A DNA stretch of 64,000 nt from positions 5,888,001-5,952,000 of the forward strand of contig OY762069.1 of assembly GCA_963665095.1 (NCBI GenBank), in the 5' to 3' direction. Below, one piece after another: positions 1 through 8,201 of this stretch (its first letter is position 1; every line of letters begins with the position of its first letter). The translations under genes and the position numbers were made by a program. The DNA is from an uncultured Desulfobacter sp. (GTDB lineage: Bacteria > Desulfobacterota > Desulfobacteria > Desulfobacterales > Desulfobacteraceae). The notes beneath the pieces were generated by a model. The model was given only the letters and a program-made list of their open reading frames with translations, searched no databases and was not told the DNA's origin.

Positions 1-125
1 AGTACAAAGCCGTGTCCCCACAGCCTGGAGTCGTTGCAATGTGGACATCGTGACGGTTTTGGCCATGTAAAATTTTTGCCCTGCTTGAAAATTTGCTTGA
101 TATCAGCTTTGACCTTTATTATCAT
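1..125 (-). CDS. N-terminus of a small Zn-ribbon protein (DUF6431-like), runs off the window; not in ORF track
   Basis: Manual translation from ATG at 125: MIIKVKADIKQIFKQGKNFTWPKPSRCPHCNDSRLWGHGFV; CxxC followed by WGHG, a pattern I associate with first ORFs of DDE-transposase/AAA-ATPase elements. Confidence 0.55.
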   Translation of the reverse strand, partial: MIIKVKADIKQIFKQGKNFTWPKPSRCPHCNDSRLWGHGFV

Positions 126-317
126 TTTTATGGTTGTTTTGGGATTTTATAAATCCCGGTCTTAAGGGCGAGGCTCTGCAAAGCTTTTCGCCCTTTTCAT
201 TTTTGTCAGAATGCTTTGATCAGAACCTGTACAGGATAATTTGAGAAAAATGGAACTTTGTCAATTTAATATGAAAAATTTGGCGGGTTTTTGTTCAGAT
301 TATTTCGGGAATCTACA
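1..317 (-). mobile_element. Putative transposon end inserted in the 7TM-DISM gene
   Basis: On the minus strand the 7TM-DISM gene loses membrane-protein character at TGTAGATTCCCGAAATAATCTGAACAAAA (TGT start at 317); repeated TGA(A)CAAA motifs follow, then the Zn-ribbon ORF. Confidence 0.5.
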
Positions 318-1003
318 GTCACGAACAGGCCAAACAATGTTGCGTGGGCTACATAAAACAGGTAGACCCTTTCCCTGAGTGAAAAAAACAGGAATAGGTT
401 GTATAAAAGCAGCGCCCCTAAGGCTCCCAGATAGAGGCTGTTCAAAATGTTCTGCAGACGATCCTGCCGGTGGAACTGATTTTTACTGGAGACTGTAATC
501 CCAGACGTGGTCAGGTTGTATTCGGAATTTACCATCATATAGATGGTCTTGGTTTGACCCGGCTGAAGTTTCAACTCGAACATGGGAAGCCGACTGTCGA
601 CCTGTCGTTGCGATATAGGCACCACAAGACCGTTATGTTGTTGTTGCCAGACGCCGTTCTCCCGGGTGAAGAGGTCGGCATTCTGCATGTGAACTTCATC
701 AAACCCGACAATGCGTATCACCGGTTTGTCTGTCCCATTTGCAAGACGGAAGCCCAACCAGATATTGGCACGCTCGGCAGGTATGACAAACCGCGAAGGG
801 TGTATACGATCCTGGACAGGTAGAGCTGCCACTTGGTCGATGGTCAACGAACTGGTTTCATCCATTGTAATAAATACTGGAAAATCGACCAATGTTCGAG
901 ACAGCTCGCCCACCTGATAAACCGGCAGCTGTGCCTGGGAGGCCACAGGTAGGACAAAAAGCACAACACTCAGAATAAAAAGATATCGTGTGCATCGACG
1001 CAT
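318..1003 (-). pseudogene. 7TM-DISM sensor (extracellular domain + first TM helices), 3'-truncated
   Basis: Signal peptide, NIWLGFRLAN and PMFELKLQPGQTKTIYM motifs, LYLGALGALLLYNLFLFFSLRERVYLFYV first 7TM helices; only 2 of 7 helices, no output domain; AGAGGAG RBS. Confidence 0.75.
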
Positions 1004-1265
1004 GGTGTCATTACTCCTCTGGATTTATATTAAGAGACTGTTTTTGAATCGCCCGGACGGTCCGGGTTGGCCAGCCAACTCACCCTTGGCCGTTTTTCAC
1101 AGTAAGCATTTTTTTGCTCCTGATAACCAGTATCTTTATCTCTTACCATTGGGAGAAGTCAGTTTCAAAGATTTATTGCTATCACTGATATGCGTAGGTC
1201 TCTTATCTCTAAGAATCCAAGCCCGATTTATTTGAGTTGAGTCGTGTCCAAAAACAACCGGAATC

Positions 1266-1439
1266 ACAGGGATAGTCCGGGGTGGTCTTCCATACAAAAA
1301 ATGGACCTTGTTTTAGAGGTAGTCTTCACCTCTGACCCTTGATTTGATCCTCCAGATTCTCGATCCAAGTCACCAATAACAAAAGCAGTGACCGCCGCCT
1401 CAAAATTGGCTTAGGAGTTTTTAAATACCAAAAGTTAAC
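1266..1439. repeat. 174-bp imperfect direct repeat, copy 1
   Basis: Gap-free alignment to 2157-2330, about 29 mismatches by manual count. Confidence 0.9.
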
Positions 1440-1545
1440 AGTGTTGAGGCTAAGAAAGTATAAGCCTTTGGATTGACAGTTTTTTTATGATATACATGAA
1501 TATATTGGCAAAAATAATCAGAACAGAGTCAAAGAGAGTAATTCA

Positions 1546-1878
1546 ATGAAACTGCCAAATGCAGAAAATGCCATAATTGATAAAGACAAAATTGAAAATT
1601 ATTGTCTTAACCTTGAACACCCTCGTGGTAAACACAAAGCAAGGGTTTTCATCAGTGTTCTTGGATTGACGGTAAAAGATTCTGAATACTTGATAGGCCG
1701 AATAAAAACAATGATAATAAAAGTAGATTGCCTAAAAGGTGAACAGGATCAATATGGTCAACGCTACACAGCCGATATCGAAATTAAATATGAATCGAAA
1801 AAAGCTGTTGTACGCACAAGTTGGATTATTAAACGAAATGAATCAAACCCAAGACTAACAACTTGTTACGTCAAATAA
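1546..1878 (+). CDS. DUF6883-like protein, putative nuclease toxin
   Basis: MKLPNAENAII..KIENYCLNLEHPRGKHKARVF..YGQRY..VRTSWII..PRLTTCY pattern; upstream of a DUF4926 gene. Confidence 0.7.
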   Translation: MKLPNAENAIIDKDKIENYCLNLEHPRGKHKARVFISVLGLTVKDSEYLIGRIKTMIIKVDCLKGEQDQYGQRYTADIEIKYESKKAVVRTSWIIKRNESNPRLTTCYVK

Positions 1879-1892
1879 AGGCAGGTAGAATA

Positions 1893-2108
1893 ATGAAAAA
1901 TAATATAAAAATTTATGATGTTGTAGCACTTGTTGAGAATTTATCTAAACGAGGGCTGGTGATTGGGCAAGTCGGCACGGTTGTTGAAATCCTTGATGAT
2001 GGTGTTTTTGAAGTAGAATTTTGTGATAATGACGGAAGGACTTATGAATGTCTGGCATTACGATCCGATCAATTGATGCCTCTTCATTATTCTCCTGTAG
2101 CTGCTTGA
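1893..2108 (+). CDS. DUF4926-like protein, putative antitoxin/immunity
   Basis: YDVVAL..GL.IGQVGTVVEIL..GVFEVEF.DNDGRTY motif; ATG 1893, 14 nt after the previous stop. Confidence 0.8.
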   Translation: MKNNIKIYDVVALVENLSKRGLVIGQVGTVVEILDDGVFEVEFCDNDGRTYECLALRSDQLMPLHYSPVAA

Positions 2109-2156
2109 TTTTGATGGCAAGGCTATATCTAAAGAATCGGTCAAGTCTATTTCAAA

Positions 2157-2330
2157 ACAGGGATAGCCAGAGGTTGTCCTCCATAGAAAAAACGGATCTT
2201 GTTTTAGAGGTAGTTTTCACCTTAGTTCCTTGATTTGATCATCCAGATTTTCGATCCAAGTCACTAATAACAAAAGTAGCGAACGCCGATTCAAGATAGG
2301 CTTGGGAGTTCATAAATACCATAAATCAAC
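2157..2330. repeat. 174-bp imperfect direct repeat, copy 2
   Basis: See copy 1; the two copies bracket the DUF6883/DUF4926 pair. Confidence 0.9.
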
Positions 2331-2602
2331 TCCTTGGAATTACTAATTTTGCTCAACGATATCACGAGAATACATGTATTCTAAAATCGATACAAAATGT
2401 TTGATTCTAAAACTAAAAAAAACGATCTCCACCGTTTTTTCTTTTCATTTCTATCAAAATAAATTGTCGGTATTGTTCATAAACAAACAAAAATTGAAAG
2501 CGTTCGTTTTGACTTTATAGATGGCTCTTAAAATCAATTGACACGGCAGAAATCAATGACAATATACATTGAATTTATGTAATTAAAGAGTACAATTTAA
2601 AA

Positions 2603-3100
2603 TTACATCACGTACGATGAACTTCCCAAAAAGCCATTATATGTGATTTCAAAGCTATCTTTCTTGTAATAGCCTGATAGTTTAGATCTTTTTTGGAATC
2701 CGAAATGATCAAACAATCTTTTAAATTGATACTCACGTGCTGAAGACACAGTGATGAGAGGCTTCTCGGTGTCAAGGATAGCAAATGAATTTTTTATTAG
2801 GTCCTTACCGATCCCTTGATTTTGGAACTTATCCATGACACGGAGAGTACAGATTTTCTTTTCATTCGTCGTGTTTTTTAAAATTGCAAGGCCTGATATA
2901 TAGTCATCTGAAACCGTAAAAAGAATCTCCCTCATACCGATTGCTACGTCATTAATCACCTTTTTATAGTACCAATCAAAAAATAGTGGGTATTCCTGCT
3001 CAAGTTGTGAAATAGTCTGATAAATCGAATCACAAAAGAAATTAAAGAGAGGCTTGCTATGAATTACACTTGATATTTTTATCAATTTAATATTTTCCAT
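2603..3100 (-). CDS. GNAT family N-acetyltransferase
   Basis: KICTLRVMDKFQNQGIGKDLI acetyl-CoA motif A and LFDHFGF motif B; TAATG overlap with upstream gene; AGGAGG RBS. Confidence 0.85.
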   Translation of the reverse strand: MENIKLIKISSVIHSKPLFNFFCDSIYQTISQLEQEYPLFFDWYYKKVINDVAIGMREILFTVSDDYISGLAILKNTTNEKKICTLRVMDKFQNQGIGKDLIKNSFAILDTEKPLITVSSAREYQFKRLFDHFGFQKRSKLSGYYKKDSFEITYNGFLGSSSYVM

Positions 3101-4215
3101 TATTCCCCTCCTACTGGTGACGTTACCATTGCTCGGGATTTATTAACAGTCTTTTTTCCATTTTTCTGTGGTGCGTGCTCTTTATTGTCTTTTCTTACGT
3201 TTTCGACCGTCGCGGGTTCATCTTGAATGCCTTTCAGGATATATGAAGAAGCCAAATTGAAACAGATACTCATAAATCCGATAATTGCAACATATAAACA
3301 GATCGTTTTAAAATTCGATCTATGGTATTTCATCTTCACCAATGTATTGAAAGAGTCTATTGGTTTTGCATCTTCAACATTTTTAACCTTTTCGGACCAA
3401 TGATAAGCGATGATATTTTCTAAATTATATTCTTCACCGATATACCTCATCCAAAGCTCAGGTTCCAAAGTCCGGCATGTAAAATTAATATGCTGAGACT
3501 CAAAATCTTCTGTGGCATCACGCATCAGTAGAAAGTGGATTTTTTGTATTTTAAATTCATTATTTTCACCAATATGTTCGGCCAAACTATGGTGATAGTT
3601 TCTTTTTTCATTTACCCTGAAATCTATTGTTTCCGTTTCCGTGAAGGCACTTTGGAAAAACCAATTCCTTGGCTCATGGTTGCGCTTAAAATTCGATAAT
3701 ACATCTCCTTTCAATCGAAACCGAAAATAATATTTCGAACAATGATTTCCATTATTTATTGAAGTTAGATCTATAGATAGTTTGGTCCCACCGTATACAT
3801 CTACAATTGAAATATCATTCGAATTTTCTAAAAAATCAATTGCATAAATATTAAAAAGCGTTTCATTGGAACTATTTTGAACACTACGCTGTTTGACCAC
3901 ATTACCATCATGAATATGATAATTTTCATTAAAAATCGATTTTGTTAATTCATGGTTGTCTATTAATTTAGTACCTATGTCTTCAATGTCATTTCGACTG
4001 ATTTTAAATGGGAAATGTATATTTAAGCTTGCAATACTGCTGATATTTTCTATCTTGAAACCGAAATCCAGAAAATATCTCTTTTGAGAAAAAAATAACC
4101 CTTTAAAGAAATGACCTTTTTTCGATAGTTTCCAAAAGTTTATGTGTAGATCCAGCTTTATGTCGTCATTTACATTATTGTCTTTGCGATCGAACCAAGT
4201 TGCTATTGTTTTCAT
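3100..4215 (-). CDS. Hypothetical 371-aa protein with one C-terminal transmembrane helix
   Basis: Long ORF in AT-rich DNA, coupled to both neighbours; hydrophobic stretch ICLYVAIIGFMSICFNLASSYIL; no family recognised. Confidence 0.8.
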   Translation of the reverse strand: MKTIATWFDRKDNNVNDDIKLDLHINFWKLSKKGHFFKGLFFSQKRYFLDFGFKIENISSIASLNIHFPFKISRNDIEDIGTKLIDNHELTKSIFNENYHIHDGNVVKQRSVQNSSNETLFNIYAIDFLENSNDISIVDVYGGTKLSIDLTSINNGNHCSKYYFRFRLKGDVLSNFKRNHEPRNWFFQSAFTETETIDFRVNEKRNYHHSLAEHIGENNEFKIQKIHFLLMRDATEDFESQHINFTCRTLEPELWMRYIGEEYNLENIIAYHWSEKVKNVEDAKPIDSFNTLVKMKYHRSNFKTICLYVAIIGFMSICFNLASSYILKGIQDEPATVENVRKDNKEHAPQKNGKKTVNKSRAMVTSPVGGE

Positions 4216-4598
4216 AAGATTAATCCAGATTCAAGATATTTGAATGATTGAGGAGGACAGAAGCTTTTATTCATTTTATAAGGATTTATTGCCTTCTGAA
4301 ATATCGTTAACTGATTAATTTTTAATGCATATCCAATACTTATTCCATTGAAATAGTTTTGAAACTCAATTTGAGTAATCCCTGCCTCTTTTTTCGTCTC
4401 TTCCCACAATTGTCCCGGATTCTTTGATAAGTATCCCCCATAGATAAAAAAGCCAACTATTTTTTTCTCGGGAGAAGAAGAATAAATGTAGATTCTATCA
4501 ACTTCACGTTTAAAAATTCTCTTCCGATATTCGAATTTCTTTTCGCCAGTTAGAATTTTTTGTACATAAATGGGCTTTATTGATATTAGAACATCCAT
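4212..4598 (-). CDS. ASCH domain (PUA-like) protein
   Basis: LISIKPIYVQKILTGEKKFEYRK (GxKxxExR), IYIYSSSPEKKIVG and PPQSFKY motifs; ATG 4598; ATGA overlap with next gene. Confidence 0.9.
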   Translation of the reverse strand: MDVLISIKPIYVQKILTGEKKFEYRKRIFKREVDRIYIYSSSPEKKIVGFFIYGGYLSKNPGQLWEETKKEAGITQIEFQNYFNGISIGYALKINQLTIFQKAINPYKMNKSFCPPQSFKYLESGLIL

Positions 4599-5324
4599 AA
4601 AATTCAATTACCATAACTAAAGGAAATCTACAATTTTAATACCCAAATAGCATGTGTGAAAAATATGATACACTATGGTCACAGACGGTAATAGATGAAT
4701 ACAAAGCCTTTTGAAAACATTGAAAAAAGCTTGATATCGCATTGGGGCTTTCCGTTCTCTCTCATCGGAAACCATTATAGGTATGGATTTACCGGTATCC
4801 GGTCAAGACGAATTATCTGATACATAAAATTCTGAATGCGAGAATTGTTAAAAATACCGGTTTGAATTTTTGACAATATCGGATGCAAAATGAGGTGAAT
4901 AATTAGGAATCAAGGACCCCACAATCTGTCTATTTAGGCTCGCCAAGACATACTTCAAAGCAGCGCTCAATAACAGAAGCATTGTGGGGGATCGGTCATT
5001 TCAAATTCTCCACTGTGGACTATGTCAAAATGATACCCCACCGATAGTGGCTTCAAAACCCAGGACTATTATTAATATTGGACACTCCGAGATTACATGT
5101 TTAAAGGTTTTTTAAGTAGGGTCTGGGTTTATGCCCTATACCCATCTTCTTCCCTTTCATGGGCTTTCCTCAAAAAATCGTAAGATACGTTTTCACCTTA
5201 ACGCACATTGCATTTTCATATATATAAACGCCTTTTTTCATAACATCCGGCTGTGATTTGTGTCTTGGGTTGCCGTAAAAATATCCGGTCGGTTTTGTAT
5301 CCCCGGATTAGCCGATCAGGGGGC

Positions 5325-5354
5325 TGTGTACAATTGGTTACAAATGGGTACATA
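5325..5354 (+). promoter_or_regulatory. Three tandem 10-bp repeats, OmpR/PhoB-type operator candidate
   Basis: TGTGTACAAT TGGTTACAAA TGGGTACATA, 150 bp upstream of the RND operon. Confidence 0.45.
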
Positions 5355-5503
5355 AAGCAGACAGACCCCTGATTTAAAATCCTTTACTATCCGACCATTG
5401 ATTTTAAAAAAAGCAACAAAAGAGATAGATGGTGGGATGGTTAAACAGGCAGGCTTTTCTCCCGGAGATGATGTTTAATGAGTTGACAATTTGGGGGTGA
5501 GCA

Positions 5504-6910
5504 ATGGGCAGGATGAAAAGCACGATACATAAAATACGATTACTCTTCGGGCTGGGGATTATTATTCCGGCATTGTGGCTCCAGGGCTGCGCTTCAACTT
5601 TCTCCAAGGCTCCGGCTGTGCTTCCCCGGGATATTCCCGGCACATTCGGCACATCTTCTGGCCCGGATGCCCTGCCCATTACCGCAGGGCTTCTGGACAT
5701 CATTGATTCCAACAAACTTCGCAGCCTGGTGGACGAAGCCCTGGAAAACAACCCGGATATAAAAGCTGCGGCATTCCGGCTTGGGTCCGCACGGTATCTG
5801 CTTTCAGGCCCTGCATCCCAACGATTGCCAAAGCTTTCCGCAGGATTTTCCAGTGGAAAAAGCAACCAGGAGTACAATTACACCACATTTGAACGCGACA
5901 CCCAGACCACCCATAAAATTACAGCCAATGTGAGCTGGGAAATCGATCTGTGGGGCCGGCTGGCTGACCAATACCAGGCCGCAAACCAAGAGGTCCAGGC
6001 CAAGGAGCAGGATTTTCAAAAGGCCCGGGATCTTCTGGCTGCCCGGGTGATCCAGGCATGGATACGGCAGGTGTCGGCCCGCCGGGCAAAAGCCATTGAA
6101 ACACAGCGTATTTCGGTTTTACAGCAGATTGAAGATATTTTGATCCACCGGTACCAGGACGGCATCGGCAGCCTGGACGAATATGCCGCAGCCAGAACCC
6201 GGACCCAGGTGGCCAAAGCAGATCTAAGCGCCAGAGAGGCAGATCTTGCCAATTCCATTCGCTCCCTTGAAGTCCTTCTTGGCCGATATCCACAGGGACA
6301 ATTGTCCCGGGGCCGGGACTGGCCCGCCCTTGCCCTGCCGGCGCTGGATACGCCGGCAGCGGTTCTTTTAAACCGGCCGGATATCCGGGCAGGCCTTGCC
6401 CGGGTTGACGCAGCCCGACATCAGGCCCGGGCTGCAGACAAGGCCAGGCTTCCCGGGGTCACCCTGTCCGGCGAACTGTTCCGGTCCGGGACTCGGCTGT
6501 CGGATATCGGCAGTGCCACAACCTATTGGGGACTTTTAGGATCTGTGTTCCAGCCGCTGTTTGAGGGTGGACGCCTGCGGGATGAAGCCCGGGCCGGTCA
6601 CCTTGAGGCGGATGCCGCCATCCAGGACCTTCATGCCATTGTGCTCCAGGCATTTGCCGAAATAGAAAATGCACTCACCCTGGAAAAGGAACTGGCAAAT
6701 CAGACAAAGGCCCTTGAAATCGCTTTCATTGAGTCTGAAAACAGCAGCCGTTACTTTGTGGACCGGTATCGCCAGGGCCTGGACAATATCCAGACACTGC
6801 TCATTGCCAAAGAGCAGGAGATCACCGTGAAACTGCAACTGAACCAGGCCCGGGCCGACCGGCTGAGCAACCGGGTGGATCTGGCAATCGCCATAGGCAA
6901 AAGCATTTGA
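5504..6910 (+). CDS. Outer-membrane efflux factor lipoprotein (TolC/OprM family)
   Basis: LQGC lipobox, ALENNPDIKAA, VSWEIDLWGRL, LLNRPDIRA. Confidence 0.92.
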   Translation: MGRMKSTIHKIRLLFGLGIIIPALWLQGCASTFSKAPAVLPRDIPGTFGTSSGPDALPITAGLLDIIDSNKLRSLVDEALENNPDIKAAAFRLGSARYLLSGPASQRLPKLSAGFSSGKSNQEYNYTTFERDTQTTHKITANVSWEIDLWGRLADQYQAANQEVQAKEQDFQKARDLLAARVIQAWIRQVSARRAKAIETQRISVLQQIEDILIHRYQDGIGSLDEYAAARTRTQVAKADLSAREADLANSIRSLEVLLGRYPQGQLSRGRDWPALALPALDTPAAVLLNRPDIRAGLARVDAARHQARAADKARLPGVTLSGELFRSGTRLSDIGSATTYWGLLGSVFQPLFEGGRLRDEARAGHLEADAAIQDLHAIVLQAFAEIENALTLEKELANQTKALEIAFIESENSSRYFVDRYRQGLDNIQTLLIAKEQEITVKLQLNQARADRLSNRVDLAIAIGKSI

Positions 6911-6982
6911 ACCCGGACTTACCCGGCTGCGGCGTTGCTGTAAAAATTTGACAAAAGCTGATTGTTTACAAGGAGTTTATAT

Positions 6983-8197
6983 ATGAAAAAAATCATTCAA
7001 ATACTTACGGGGAAATGGGCGGTTTTTATTGTGACCGCCCTGGTGTGCACGGCAGGGGCTTTTGTGTTCCTGGAATCAAAGCCTGCCAAGGGGCAGCTAC
7101 AGGAGGACACGGCTGTTCAGCTTACGGGCATGCCCGTAACGGTTCAAAAGGTGACAGAATCTGCCTATCCTGCGCGGATCAGTGCCCTTGGCGAGGTAAA
7201 GCCCCTGTGGCAATCCACCATCAAAGCCCGGGTGGACGGCCCCATTGTCTACCTGAATCCAACGCTCCAGCCAGGAGCCAGGGTTAAAAAAGGCGACCTC
7301 CTTGTAAAAATAGAAGAGACCGCCTACCAGGCCCAGGTCAGCGAGGATAAAAACCGGGTGGCCCAGGCAAAGGTTGAGCTGCTCAAGGAGGAACGCGAAG
7401 CCAAAGAAGCGTTGCGAAACTGGGAGCGCTCCGGCATAAAAGGATCGCCTGCGTCTGACCTTGTGCTGCGCAAGCCCCAGCTCAACTGCGCCCGGGCAGG
7501 GCTGAACGCCGCGGACAAAACACTTGCGCTTTCCAAAACCCGGCTGTCATACACCAAAATCTGCGCCCCCTTTGACGGCATCATCCTTGAGCGCCATGTC
7601 AATCCCGGGGAGACCCTTTTAACCGGGGATGAGGTCTTCACCCTGTACGGCATTGACACAGCCGAGGTGGGCATCCATGTCTCTGCCGAACAACTGGCCC
7701 TTTTGGGTATGAACCTGTCTTCGGGCAACCAGGAAAAAGAGACCCCCTTGTCCGGCGGCCCGGACAAAGGCGTTGCCGCCCGCCTGGTATCCACCCAGCA
7801 AAACGCGTCCTGGCAGGCCCGGGTGGTGCGAAACGGACAACGTCTTGATTCTGAATCCAGGCTGCAGACCTTGTTTCTCCAGGTGGCTCACCCCATGGCC
7901 CAGAAGCCGCCCCTTTTGCCCGGTGCCTTTGTGCGCGCTGAAATCGTTGGCCAAAAGGTTACAGGGCTTTTGTGCCTGCCGGAAACCGCACTTACCAAAC
8001 AGGGGGTGGTCTGGTTTGTAGATGACCAAAACCGGCTGAAACCGGTTCACGCACAGCCTGTATTTTACGGCAATGGCGTGGTCTACATTAATATGCCTGA
8101 AAACATCGGCCAGGCGTCTTTACAGGTTGCCGTGTCACCCAATGCAAGCTTTGCCGCAGGGCTTTTAGTTCAGCCCGGACAAAAGGAGAGAGGATAA
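6983..8197 (+). CDS. RND periplasmic adaptor (membrane fusion protein)
   Basis: N-terminal TM, IKARVDG, VKKGDLLVKI, ICAPFDGII, LLPGAFVRAEI; AGGAG RBS before ATG 6983. Confidence 0.92.
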   Translation: MKKIIQILTGKWAVFIVTALVCTAGAFVFLESKPAKGQLQEDTAVQLTGMPVTVQKVTESAYPARISALGEVKPLWQSTIKARVDGPIVYLNPTLQPGARVKKGDLLVKIEETAYQAQVSEDKNRVAQAKVELLKEEREAKEALRNWERSGIKGSPASDLVLRKPQLNCARAGLNAADKTLALSKTRLSYTKICAPFDGIILERHVNPGETLLTGDEVFTLYGIDTAEVGIHVSAEQLALLGMNLSSGNQEKETPLSGGPDKGVAARLVSTQQNASWQARVVRNGQRLDSESRLQTLFLQVAHPMAQKPPLLPGAFVRAEIVGQKVTGLLCLPETALTKQGVVWFVDDQNRLKPVHAQPVFYGNGVVYINMPENIGQASLQVAVSPNASFAAGLLVQPGQKERG

Positions 8198-8201
8198 CAT
8201 C

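Noticed and set aside
1046..1096. Partial match to the three-copy hairpin (GCCCGGACGG..CCCTTGGCCGTT)
   Set aside because: The 5' arm GTTGTGGGC is absent; too weak to call a fourth copy
1266..2330. 174-bp repeats as integron attC sites
   Set aside because: No RYYYAAC/GTTRRRY paired ends or overall palindromy, and no integrase in the window
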